In this document: positions 1-8,810 of the stretch, piece by piece | How the letters are laid out: each line of letters starts with the position of its first letter | Numbering within the stretch: position 1 is the first letter of the stretch | Source: Gemmatimonadaceae bacterium | GTDB lineage: Bacteria > Gemmatimonadota > Gemmatimonadetes > Gemmatimonadales > Gemmatimonadaceae | Length of the DNA stretch: 64,000 nt | Assembly (NCBI GenBank): GCA_045803545.1 | Contig: JBJMOW010000006.1 | Location: forward strand, 198,296 to 262,295 | Direction: 5' to 3' | Made by a program: the position numbers and the translations under genes | The notes under the pieces: generated by a model | Seen by the model: the letters and a program-made list of their open reading frames with translations, nothing else | Told to the model about the DNA's origin: nothing | The model's database searches: none

Positions 1-17
1 AAACACTTCCAGGAGGA

Positions 18-527
18 GTGATGCCGGCCATGGCAGAGCAAATGATTGAGGCTGTCAGAAAATCAGTGACGGTGAGTGCAACCCCCGAGACCGCGTTCGA
101 CATCTTCACTGCTGATTTCGACAGCTGGTGGCCTCGCTCACACCACCTCGGCAAGACTCCGATGAAAAGGGGCATCGTCGAGCAGCACCAAGGCGGGCGT
201 TGCTACACGGAGCACGAAGACGGCGCGGAAGTCCAATGGGGTACGGTGCTCGTCTGGGATCCACCGCGGCGTCTGGTATTGGCCTGGCAGATCGCCGCTG
301 ACTGGAAGTGCGAGCCGGATCTATCCAAGGCTAGCGAAGTCGAGATTCGCTTCACCCCCGAGCCGGGTGGCAAGACGCGCGTCGATCTCGAGCACAGAAA
401 CTTCGAGCGCATGAGCGCTGGCGGCGAAGCGATGCGGGCGGGCGTTGGTGCCGAGGGCGGTTGGGGTAGCCTGTTGCAGATGTTCTCCGAGCGCGTCGAC
501 GTAGTCACCGCTCGTCGGTCGGTCTGA
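18..527 (+). CDS. SRPBCC/AHSA1-like (START-fold) domain protein
   Basis: Typical V.A.PE.AF..FT..WWP, 'GTVLVWDPPRRLVLAW', 'SEVEIRF', 'TRVDLEHRNF', 'GW..LL..F' pattern; AGGAGG at 11-16; start 18, 21 or 30. Confidence 0.85.
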   Translation: MMPAMAEQMIEAVRKSVTVSATPETAFDIFTADFDSWWPRSHHLGKTPMKRGIVEQHQGGRCYTEHEDGAEVQWGTVLVWDPPRRLVLAWQIAADWKCEPDLSKASEVEIRFTPEPGGKTRVDLEHRNFERMSAGGEAMRAGVGAEGGWGSLLQMFSERVDVVTARRSV

Positions 528-2028
528 CTCCCAGTCCTGCCAACGCCGAAAGGACGGTTATCCCCGCGGCTTCGAGTATCACGATCTTGAAGCCGCGGAG
601 GAAAGCCGTTCGAATGTCCCCCTCGACTCGCGCCTGCTGCTGTTGATCGAGCCCGGCGCTGTGCAAATCCGCCCCGGCCATTTTCGGCAGCTCCGTTTCA
701 ATCCGCGCGCGCGGCTCAGCGGCGATCCCGCTTTCAGCGAGCTTGGGTTCGATCGAGCCGTTAAACGAGCGAGTCAGAACAACTCCGAATATCGCGATCG
801 CCAGCAATCCGGCCACTCGCGCGACGGAGTTGTTGATGCCCGACGCCACTCCGGCATGATCCGCGGGCACCGCTGACATCACCGTCGTCGTCAGCGGCGC
901 GACTGTGATCGCCATCCCGAGGCCAAGTACAACCACCGCCGGGAAAATAGTGCTCCAATACGAGCCGACGATCCCGACGCGAGCGAGAAGGGCGAAGCCC
1001 ACCGCAGAAATCAGCGGTCCGACTGTCAGCGGAATTCGTGGACCGATGCGGCCAACCAAACCCCCCGACCACCTCGATAAAGCGAACATGATGATGGGAA
1101 ACGGCAGGAATGCCGCGCCCGCTGCCGTCGCTGAGTAACCCTGCACCTGAATCAGCAGCAACGGCAGGATAAAAAACACAACTCCCAGCGCCCCATAGAG
1201 AAGGAGCGTCAACAAGTTGGTCATGGTAAAAGACCGCGAAGCGAACAGCTCGAGGGGAATCATCGGGTTCTTCTCCCGGTGCTCCACCAATACGAACACG
1301 CCTAGTGCGATCACACCTGCGAGGAGCGAGACGATCACCAGAGACTGACGCGCTCCGGGCACTGGCCACTCGAGCAATCCGAGCACGATTCCGCCGAGGC
1401 CAAGTACGGCGAGCGCAGCACCGCGCCAGTCGATTCGACCCGTGCGCGATGGATCGCGACTCTCACCCATGTAACGCAAGGAGACCAACACCACGACAAT
1501 CGCCAGCGGAACGTTGATGAAGAAAGCCGAGCGCCAGCTCAGATTTTCGATCAGCCAACCGCCGAGCACTGGCCCGACGGCGGTCGTTATCGCGCTGAAA
1601 CCCGACCACGTTCCAATCGCTCGTCCGCGCTCGGCACCCTCGAAAGTCGCGCTGATGATCGCCAGGCTGCCGGGCACCAGCAACGCGGCTCCGATTCCCT
1701 GCAATGCCCGCGCGATGATCAGCATCAGCGGCGACGATGCGAAACCGCACCAGATCGATGCCGCGGCGAAGGAGACGACGCCGATCAGGAAGATCCGCTT
1801 GCGACCGAATTGATCACCGAGCGAGCCGCCGATAAGAATGAGAGCGCCCAGCAGGAGCGTATAAGCCTCGATCACCCACTGCACGTCGGTAATGGTCGCG
1901 TCGAGGCTTTTCTGAAGAGCCGGCAGCGCGACGTTTACGACCGTCCCGTCGATGAAGGTCATCGAAGACGCAAGGATCGTAGCCACCAGCGTCCATCGTT
2001 GCTGCGACTTCACGCTCGGTTTGGTCAC
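505..2028 (-). CDS. DHA2 (EmrB/QacA-type, 14-TM) MFS efflux transporter
   Basis: 'FIDGTVVNVALP', MFS motif A 'GSLGDQFGRKR', 'RALQGIGAA', 'GPVLGGWL'; many TM segments; 3' end overlaps the convergent upstream gene by 23 nt. Confidence 0.9.
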   Translation of the reverse strand: MTKPSVKSQQRWTLVATILASSMTFIDGTVVNVALPALQKSLDATITDVQWVIEAYTLLLGALILIGGSLGDQFGRKRIFLIGVVSFAAASIWCGFASSPLMLIIARALQGIGAALLVPGSLAIISATFEGAERGRAIGTWSGFSAITTAVGPVLGGWLIENLSWRSAFFINVPLAIVVVLVSLRYMGESRDPSRTGRIDWRGAALAVLGLGGIVLGLLEWPVPGARQSLVIVSLLAGVIALGVFVLVEHREKNPMIPLELFASRSFTMTNLLTLLLYGALGVVFFILPLLLIQVQGYSATAAGAAFLPFPIIMFALSRWSGGLVGRIGPRIPLTVGPLISAVGFALLARVGIVGSYWSTIFPAVVVLGLGMAITVAPLTTTVMSAVPADHAGVASGINNSVARVAGLLAIAIFGVVLTRSFNGSIEPKLAESGIAAEPRARIETELPKMAGADLHSAGLDQQQQARVEGDIRTAFLRGFKIVILEAAGITVLSALAGLGVRPTDER

Positions 2029-2079
2029 TGCATCATGGCTGTATAAACGTTCGGTTAGGGGTGCGGGCGAAGGCTTGCG

Positions 2080-2088
2080 TGATATGCT
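2080..2088 (+). promoter_or_regulatory. Candidate extended -10 promoter (TGaTATGCT), 6 nt before GTG 2095
   Basis: TGn+TAnnnT match in the 66-bp divergent gap; spacing fits leaderless initiation. Confidence 0.45.
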
Positions 2089-2094
2089 ATCCTA

Positions 2095-3837
2095 GTGAAG
2101 CGGAAGCTTGCCGGCTTTCGGCCACAATTGCTTAATCGTAGTACAAACGGAATCCCAATGACTGCGCCCGTCGAGACGCTTGCCACTCTCAGCACCACGG
2201 ACAACGCGGATCACACCTTTCCGGTGCTGAGCGATGCGCAGCTCGCGCGCATCTCGCAACAGGGACATCGACGCGAAGTGCAGGCAGGTGAGGTACTGAT
2301 CGATGCGGGCGCGCCCGTCACCCATTTCTACGTGGTGCTGTCGGGCGCGGTCGAGGGCGTGCAGCTGCGCGATGGCGGCGGTATTCGCGTGCGCACTCTG
2401 CGAGCGGGTCAATTCACCGGCGAAGTGTCGATTCTCTCTGGCCGGCCCGCGCTGGTTACTCTGCGCGTGTGTCAGGACGGCGAGATCGTCGAGATCGATC
2501 GCGACAGGTTACTCTCTATAATCCAAACCGATGCTGACCTCAGCGAAGTTTTCGTCCGCGCGTTCCTGCTGCGCCGCGTTGGCCTGATCACCGGCGGATT
2601 TGCCGACGTCCTGCTCGTCGGCTCCAATCACTCATCCGACACGCTTCGCATCAAGGAGTTTCTGACGCGCAACGCGCATCCGTATACGTCGGTCGATCCC
2701 GATCACGATACGGGTGTGCAGGAGTTGCTGGATCATTTCCAGTTCTCGCTGTCCGACCTTCCTGTTCTAATCTGCCGCAACACTGCAGTTCTAAGAAACC
2801 CGACCAATCACCAGATCGCGGACTGCCTCGGCTTCAACGACTCCATCGATCAAACGCATTCGCGAGACGTAGTGATCGTGGGTGCGGGACCGTCGGGACT
2901 GGCGGCTGCGGTTTACGCCGCGTCCGAAGGTCTGGATGTTCTGGTAATCGAGTCCACATCGCCAGGCGGACAGGCGGGATCGAGCTCACGAATCGAGAAC
3001 TATCTTGGCTTCCCATCGGGCATCACGGGGAATGAGCTCACGGGGCGCGCGTACACTCAGGCCCAGAAATTCGGCGCCGATATCGCGATCGCTGAGAGCG
3101 CAATTCGCCTCAATTGCACTCCCAAGGCGTACAAGGTGAGCATGGATAACGGCGCCGAAGTACACGCGCGAACGGTGGTGATCGCGACCGGCGCGGAGTA
3201 TCGAAAACTGCCGTTGCCGAACATCGGCCAATTCGAGGGCGTCGGTATTTATTACGGTGCGACCTTCATCGAATCACAGCTTTGCGAGGGCGACGAAATC
3301 ATCGTCGTCGGTGGCGGAAACTCGGCGGGGCAGGCAGCTGTATTTCTGTCGCAGACAGCGAGACGAGTTCACATTCTCGTGAGGGCGACGGGGCTGGCGG
3401 AGAGCATGTCGCGTTACTTGATCCGCCGCATCGAAGAGGACTCGCGGATAACCCTGCACACGTGTACTGAGATAGTCGGACTCGAGGGCGAGCACCATCT
3501 CGAGCGAGTGCAATGGCGGACAGATGGTGGTCCCGTTGAATCCAAAGACATCAGACACGTTTTCGTGATGACGGGCGCGAAGCCAAGTACCACTTGGCTC
3601 GATGGCTGCGTGACGCTGGACATGCAGGGTTTCGTAAAGACGGGGACGGACCTCTCACCGGAAGATCTCGCCTTGGCAAAATGGCCGCTATCGCGTCCGC
3701 CGCATTTGCTTGAGACAAGTCGTCCCGGAGTGTTCGCAGTCGGTGATGTCCGCGCCGGCAACGTGAAACGGGTAGCGTCGGCGGTTGGCGAAGGCTCGAT
3801 CGCAATCTCGTTCGTCCACAGCGCTCTACAGGAATGA
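2095..3837 (+). CDS. cNMP-binding domain / thioredoxin-reductase-like FAD oxidoreductase
   Basis: N-terminal cNMP fold ('FYVVLSGAVE','GQFTGEVSIL'), 'VVIVGAGPSG', 'GGQAGSSSRIENYLGFP', 'VGGGNSAGQAA', 'FAVGDVR'; alternative start ATG 2158. Confidence 0.85.
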   Translation: MKRKLAGFRPQLLNRSTNGIPMTAPVETLATLSTTDNADHTFPVLSDAQLARISQQGHRREVQAGEVLIDAGAPVTHFYVVLSGAVEGVQLRDGGGIRVRTLRAGQFTGEVSILSGRPALVTLRVCQDGEIVEIDRDRLLSIIQTDADLSEVFVRAFLLRRVGLITGGFADVLLVGSNHSSDTLRIKEFLTRNAHPYTSVDPDHDTGVQELLDHFQFSLSDLPVLICRNTAVLRNPTNHQIADCLGFNDSIDQTHSRDVVIVGAGPSGLAAAVYAASEGLDVLVIESTSPGGQAGSSSRIENYLGFPSGITGNELTGRAYTQAQKFGADIAIAESAIRLNCTPKAYKVSMDNGAEVHARTVVIATGAEYRKLPLPNIGQFEGVGIYYGATFIESQLCEGDEIIVVGGGNSAGQAAVFLSQTARRVHILVRATGLAESMSRYLIRRIEEDSRITLHTCTEIVGLEGEHHLERVQWRTDGGPVESKDIRHVFVMTGAKPSTTWLDGCVTLDMQGFVKTGTDLSPEDLALAKWPLSRPPHLLETSRPGVFAVGDVRAGNVKRVASAVGEGSIAISFVHSALQE

Positions 3838-3895
3838 CTGTAACAACACTCACCGATATGCTGACGTAACAACGACACACAGCACGGAGATCATC

Positions 3896-4249
3896 ATGGC
3901 TCTCAGTAACGCACAGCGCAATCACATCGAGAAGAGACTGCACGAGGAGCGCGAACGCTCGCTTCAGGTGCTGAACGGCATCCTTGCCGATACCTCACTC
4001 ACCGAGCAGGACGCCGCCGGTGATTTGTCCAAGGTGCCATTTCATCCGGCCGATCTAGCAACCGACGAGATAAATCGCGAGGTCGATGAGTCAAATGCTA
4101 CGCGTGCATCTCGCGAGTTGGCGGAGATCGACGCCGCGCTGGAGCGACTGTACAAGTCGCCTGCAGATTTCGGTGTGTGCGAAGAGGACGGCCGCCAAAT
4201 CCCGTTCGAGCGCTTGGATATCATCCCGTGGGCGCGAACCTGCGACTAA
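3896..4249 (+). CDS. TraR/DksA family protein (two-cysteine variant)
   Basis: Coiled coil, 'HPADLATD', 'LAEIDAALERL..FGVCEEDGRQIPFERLDIIPWARTC'; GGAG before ATG 3896. Confidence 0.8.
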   Translation: MALSNAQRNHIEKRLHEERERSLQVLNGILADTSLTEQDAAGDLSKVPFHPADLATDEINREVDESNATRASRELAEIDAALERLYKSPADFGVCEEDGRQIPFERLDIIPWARTCD

Positions 4250-4274
4250 TTCAGAATTCGGCAGCAGGCAGTCG

Positions 4275-4646
4275 ATGAGTCCCAGAGCATCGAAATCCAC
4301 TTCGTTCAGCCGCGTCGAGAAGTACGCGATGAAGTATTCTGGCGTCGAGCGGTCGACTTATTTCGGTAAACCCGCGGTCAAGCTCGATGGCCAGATCATC
4401 GCATGCATGGCGAGCAATAAATCGGCGGAGCCCGATACTCTGGTGGTGCGTGTCGACTTTCTCGAGCGAGATCTAAGAATCGCGAATGAGCCCGACGTCT
4501 ATTATCTGAAGCCGCACTACGTGAACTACCCGTGTGTGCTAACTCGATTGTCGCAGGTGAGCGATGAGGCGCTCAAGGATTTACTTGAGTCTGCCTACCG
4601 GTACGTGACTAAAAAGAAAACTCAGTCGCGGGCGCGGTCACGCTGA
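4275..4646 (+). CDS. MmcQ/YjbR family putative DNA-binding protein
   Basis: 'STYFGKPAVKLDG', 'EPDVYYLKPHYVNYPCVLTRL', 'LKDLLESAY'. Confidence 0.75.
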   Translation: MSPRASKSTSFSRVEKYAMKYSGVERSTYFGKPAVKLDGQIIACMASNKSAEPDTLVVRVDFLERDLRIANEPDVYYLKPHYVNYPCVLTRLSQVSDEALKDLLESAYRYVTKKKTQSRARSR

Positions 4647-4651
4647 AAAGT

Positions 4652-5011
4652 CTACAGGCCAATCGTCTCACCGCCGGCAATAGCCCTCTTGAGTTCCCAG
4701 TGACCGTTTGTCCGAACAACCAAGTAATCCGTCTCGAAACGTACCGCGCCACCCTGACAGTTAAGTCCTGGAGGGCACGGCGGAGTCTGGCGGATGCAGT
4801 CCTGCACGAGCGCGACGATGGCCGTGTTGCCCGTGATGCACCGTACGCGAAGCTCAGGTTTGCCGGCTTTGACGGCAGCGCTATCCTCCAGGCAAGCTCC
4901 GGCTTTGCCACGCGGTATCTGGCCGAACGCAGCCATCACCTGATCCTCGGGCGATCTGTGCAGGCACGCCGCAGCTAGCGGTAACAACAAACCTGACACC
5001 ACCTGGCGCAC
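4652..5011 (-). CDS. Hypothetical lipoprotein
   Basis: Signal peptide with lipobox-like LAAAC; 4 nt downstream of the GMC gene on the same strand. Confidence 0.5.
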   Translation of the reverse strand: MRQVVSGLLLPLAAACLHRSPEDQVMAAFGQIPRGKAGACLEDSAAVKAGKPELRVRCITGNTAIVALVQDCIRQTPPCPPGLNCQGGAVRFETDYLVVRTNGHWELKRAIAGGETIGL

Positions 5012-5015
5012 GCTC

Positions 5016-6701
5016 CTACAACTCCCTTCTCTTCATCTGCTCCACCGCGTAGTTCACGGCGCGCGCGGTCAACGCCATGTAGGTGATGCTCGGATTCTGA
5101 TTCGCGTTCGACGTCATGCACGCACCGTCGGTCATGAACACGTTCGGCGCATCCCAGACCTGGTTGTGCGCGTTCAACACTGACGTCTTCGGATCGCGAC
5201 CCATCCGCGCGGTGCCCGTCTCGTGAATCACCAGGCCCGGCGCGTTGTTCTCCTTGAACGTCCGGATGTTGGTCGCGCCCATCGCCTCCAGCATTTCGGT
5301 TGCCGTAACGACCATATCGTCCTGCATCTTCAGCTCGTTGTCGCTGTACTTGCAGTTGATGTGCAGCGCCGGAATGCCCCACGCATCGACCAGATGCGGA
5401 TCGATGGAGATGTAGTTCTCGTGACGCGGCAGCATCTCGCCGAATCCATCGAACGACATCTGCCATGGACCGAGATCGCCGATCAGCGATTTCTTGAACT
5501 TGGCGCCGAATCCCGGCATGTCTGACCCCCGCTCCCAGCCGTCACGCGAGGCTCTGCCCTCGAAACCGTAGCCGCGCTGGAAGTCGGGATGCTTACTCTT
5601 CACGTTGCGGAAGCGCGGGACGTAGATCGCGTCGGGACGCCTGCCGACCTCCATCCGATCTTTCGCCCACGGCAGCTCGCCGGTCGCGCCCCCACCCATG
5701 ATGTGATCCATCAGGTTATGTCCCAGCTCGCCACTCGAATTGCCGAGTCCATTCGGGAATTCCGATGACGTCGAGTTGAGCATGATGCGCGTAGACTCGA
5801 GCGCGGCAGCATTGACGAAGATCAATCGGCCTTTGACCTCGAACATCTCTTTGGTGTTTCCGTCAACCACTCTCACGCCTGATGCTTTCTTTGTCTTCGG
5901 ATCGTAGATTACGCTGTGGACGACACTGAACGGACGGAGAGTCAGATTGCCGGTTTTGCGCGCCGCCGGCAGCGTCGAATTCAGGCTGCTGAAATAGGAG
6001 AGCGTGACACAGCCGCGATAACAATTTCCGCAGAGGTGACACTTCTGTCTGCCGAGATGGTTCTCAGTGATCACAGCCAGCCGCATGTTGGTGACGAGGC
6101 GCTCGCCGTTGAACTTGGTGAGGAGAACTTCGCGCGCCTTTGCTTCGGCCGCGTTCAGCGGCCATGGCTGCATGAATTCTCCGTCGGGCAGATGTGCTAA
6201 TCCTTCATGCCTGCCCTGCACACCAACGAATTTCTCGACGTGACTCCACCACGGCGCCATGTCCTTGTAGCGGATCGGCCAGTCGACCGCGACTCCTTCC
6301 TTCAGATTCGCTTCGTAGTCGAGATCGCTCCACCGGAAGACGCAGCGACCCCACATGATCGACTTGCCGCCGACCTGGCGTCCGCGAATCCACGAAAACG
6401 GCTTGCCATCGGGAGTCGAGTACGGATTGTCGAGATCGTTGACGAAGAACTTGCCCGCGTATTCGTCGCACGCACCGCACTGGCTTTGGACAGGCTGGTA
6501 TCGTTCGATTCGGCTCCGATCACCCATGCCGCGATAGCGCTTCTGATACGGCATCACGTGCTCGACGTAGTCGACGGCGGGATCGATCGGCCTTCCCGCT
6601 TCGAGCACGATCGTCTTGAGCCCGTGCTCGGTCAGCTCCTTTGCTGCCCACCCACCGGAGATTCCGGATCCGATGACGATCGCATCGTACGTATCGGCCA
6701 T
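5016..6701 (-). CDS. GMC family oxidoreductase (glucoside 3-dehydrogenase-like large subunit)
   Basis: 'DAIVIGSGISGGWAAKEL', 'GRQVGGKSIMWGR', Cys cluster 'CHLCGNCYRGC', 'HETGTARMG', 'QNPSITYMALTARA'. Confidence 0.92.
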   Translation of the reverse strand: MADTYDAIVIGSGISGGWAAKELTEHGLKTIVLEAGRPIDPAVDYVEHVMPYQKRYRGMGDRSRIERYQPVQSQCGACDEYAGKFFVNDLDNPYSTPDGKPFSWIRGRQVGGKSIMWGRCVFRWSDLDYEANLKEGVAVDWPIRYKDMAPWWSHVEKFVGVQGRHEGLAHLPDGEFMQPWPLNAAEAKAREVLLTKFNGERLVTNMRLAVITENHLGRQKCHLCGNCYRGCVTLSYFSSLNSTLPAARKTGNLTLRPFSVVHSVIYDPKTKKASGVRVVDGNTKEMFEVKGRLIFVNAAALESTRIMLNSTSSEFPNGLGNSSGELGHNLMDHIMGGGATGELPWAKDRMEVGRRPDAIYVPRFRNVKSKHPDFQRGYGFEGRASRDGWERGSDMPGFGAKFKKSLIGDLGPWQMSFDGFGEMLPRHENYISIDPHLVDAWGIPALHINCKYSDNELKMQDDMVVTATEMLEAMGATNIRTFKENNAPGLVIHETGTARMGRDPKTSVLNAHNQVWDAPNVFMTDGACMTSNANQNPSITYMALTARAVNYAVEQMKRREL

Positions 6702-6703
6702 CG

Positions 6704-7255
6704 TCAGACCCTCGGCGTGAATGGGACGTTGCCGTCGTAGCCATTGAAGAACATCTGCGTTTTGAGAATGTCCACTTGTACCGGTTCTGAGGTGAAGTAA
6801 CCGTAGACTGTGAGCGCCTTGATCCGCTCAAAGGCATGACCGGCGCCTTCCTTGTGGGGCCGTTTTGCATCGAGACCAGTCAGGAAATCCCCTCGCTTCA
6901 CGTCCGTAAGGTCAACGAAATGAGGCGTTCCCATCGCCACGGCTTGCACATCGAGGTCGTCGAGTCCGGCGAGGAAGGCCTTCTTTTCGTCATCGCTCAT
7001 CCACTCGGTCAGTATCAGATCGATGAACTGAGGGACTTTGACACTCGTCGCGCCTGGTGTGTCCGTCTCGGGTATGATCATCTCCGCGATCTGCGTTACC
7101 AGCTTTTGCTGAGCTGGATTAAGTGTGCGGAATGGTACATCGCCCAGGCGGCGATGGATTTGTTCGCCGAGCTCGATCGCAGCCTCTGCACTCCGCGGCA
7201 AAAACTGGAGAGCGAGAGCCGCGCCGAGAAACTGAACAGCTTCACGTCTTCGCAT
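6704..7255 (-). CDS. Gluconate 2-dehydrogenase subunit 3 family protein (GMC partner, Tat-like signal)
   Basis: 'MRRREAVQFL' twin-arginine-like N-terminus, 'IIPETDTPGA...VPQFID', 'LTVYGYFTSE'; directly upstream of the GMC gene. Confidence 0.85.
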   Translation of the reverse strand: MRRREAVQFLGAALALQFLPRSAEAAIELGEQIHRRLGDVPFRTLNPAQQKLVTQIAEMIIPETDTPGATSVKVPQFIDLILTEWMSDDEKKAFLAGLDDLDVQAVAMGTPHFVDLTDVKRGDFLTGLDAKRPHKEGAGHAFERIKALTVYGYFTSEPVQVDILKTQMFFNGYDGNVPFTPRV

Positions 7256-7295
7256 TAGAGGTTGGCTAGAGACGCCGATTGAAGGAGGCCGAGCC

Positions 7296-7324
7296 AACGT
7301 AGGATGCGGTACGAAAAGCGTCAA
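7296..7324 (-). promoter_or_regulatory. Sigma70-type promoter TTGACG-N17-TACGTT
   Basis: -35 at 7324-7319 and -10 at 7301-7296 on the minus strand, exact 17-nt spacer, 40 nt upstream of ATG 7255. Confidence 0.65.
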
Positions 7325-7360
7325 GGCGGGGTCGAGTACTTCGCGCCCGCCGCCTGTATC

Positions 7361-7816
7361 TCAAGGCTTCGAACGGCGTGGCCGCTGCTTGGCAGAGATT
7401 GACTTGATCACTGTTTGCTGCTTACCTGGCTTTCCCGTGAAGCTTGGCCGTGCGCCGAGAATCGCCTGGTCGATCAGATCCCGTACATCCCGATCTTCGA
7501 GGTGGCGTGGAGATGACAGGTGGATGTTGCGCACGATGCTGCCACTCCCATTCAGCATCTTCTTCGGGTCGCGGAGTTTCGCTCCCTTGAGAAAACAGAG
7601 TGTGACCCAACGCGGCATGATCGCGAGTGACAAAACCGCTTCCGAAGGTCGCTCACTCGGCCCAAATCCGAATACCAACGCGTTGTAATTATCGTAGACG
7701 AACTCGATCCCGCCCGGGATCATCTTGCGCAGCCTGGTCCGCGAGGCGCGCGCATCCGCTGCGATTTTGCCATCGTACTTGGCGAGGAACGACGCGATTT
7801 GTCTCGCCGCGGTCAT
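7361..7816 (-). CDS. DUF1801 (YdhG-like) domain protein
   Basis: 'EFVYDNYNALVFGFGPSERPSEA', 'LCFLKGAKLRDPKKMLNGSG..VRNI'. Confidence 0.7.
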   Translation of the reverse strand: MTAARQIASFLAKYDGKIAADARASRTRLRKMIPGGIEFVYDNYNALVFGFGPSERPSEAVLSLAIMPRWVTLCFLKGAKLRDPKKMLNGSGSIVRNIHLSSPRHLEDRDVRDLIDQAILGARPSFTGKPGKQQTVIKSISAKQRPRRSKP

Positions 7817-7832
7817 CTTTGATCGAGACCGG

Positions 7833-8810
7833 TCAGATTTCCCAGTTGGAAAGCACGATTCCGCCGTTCGCCGGCTTCGCTTCCGAGTAGTCGTGAATCG
7901 ACATCCGCAGGTCAGTCCACCTCACTCGCGCGCCGCGCGCAATCAGCCGACGATAGACGCTGCTGTACTGGCCCTGCACGCGGATCGCTACCCGCTTCGC
8001 GCCGCGCACCCGCGCGTGCGCGCACAATTGCGTCACGAGATGATCGAAGTCCGCTTCCGTCTTCGCGACCATCTTGAGCACACGCATCTCCTCGGTCGCG
8101 CGCCCTTCGACCAGCGGAACCGAGTGACACACCGCGAACGCCAGCACTTCGGATCCCTTGCGCACGAATAGGGTGTCCCCGAGCTCGTGCTGCTCGGTGA
8201 GCACGATCTCTCTGGTATAGTCGTAACCAGGTGACATCTGCTCCAGCATCGCCCGGCATTGGCGCAGCGCCAGCTCGCGCTCATGCGGATTGAGCGAAGA
8301 AATCGTCGTTGCCTGAATTCCCGCCCTCGCCGCCTCGAGGGTCACCGTCACCGTGAGGTGACCGGGCACGAATCCAAGCGCCGAGTAAAATCCGACGTTG
8401 TCCATCGTTCTCGGCATCGTCTCGAGTCCAATCACCTTGGCGCCGCGCTTTTTCAGCCACTCTACGCCCGTCGAGACAATCACCTTGCCGATTCCCTGGC
8501 CTTGGTAGTCAGGATGCACGGCGAGGGGGCCCATCCACCCTTCGAGTCCGGAGCGATGTACCATGTTGAACGCGGCGATCCCGTCGCGCGCGTTGCGCCA
8601 GATCATTGCGCCCTCTTCGGCGTCTGCAATCGCGAATTTCCAGACGGCTGGATTGAGGTGTGGAACGCGTACTCCCACCATGCCGTCCTTCCGATAGCGC
8701 TCGGTGAACGCCTCGCTGAACACCGCGTTGAGCGATGCGATCTCACGAATGCTCACACGCTCCGGCGCCTCGGCGACCCACGCGTGTCTCCAGTTGCGCG
8801 CGAACGCCAT
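7833..8810 (-). CDS. GNAT family N-acetyltransferase (probable tandem GNAT fold)
   Basis: Acetyl-CoA motif A 'GPLAVHPDYQGQGIGK', motif B 'NVGFYSALGF'; TAATG overlap with the Rad50 stop. Confidence 0.85.
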   Translation of the reverse strand: MAFARNWRHAWVAEAPERVSIREIASLNAVFSEAFTERYRKDGMVGVRVPHLNPAVWKFAIADAEEGAMIWRNARDGIAAFNMVHRSGLEGWMGPLAVHPDYQGQGIGKVIVSTGVEWLKKRGAKVIGLETMPRTMDNVGFYSALGFVPGHLTVTVTLEAARAGIQATTISSLNPHERELALRQCRAMLEQMSPGYDYTREIVLTEQHELGDTLFVRKGSEVLAFAVCHSVPLVEGRATEEMRVLKMVAKTEADFDHLVTQLCAHARVRGAKRVAIRVQGQYSSVYRRLIARGARVRWTDLRMSIHDYSEAKPANGGIVLSNWEI

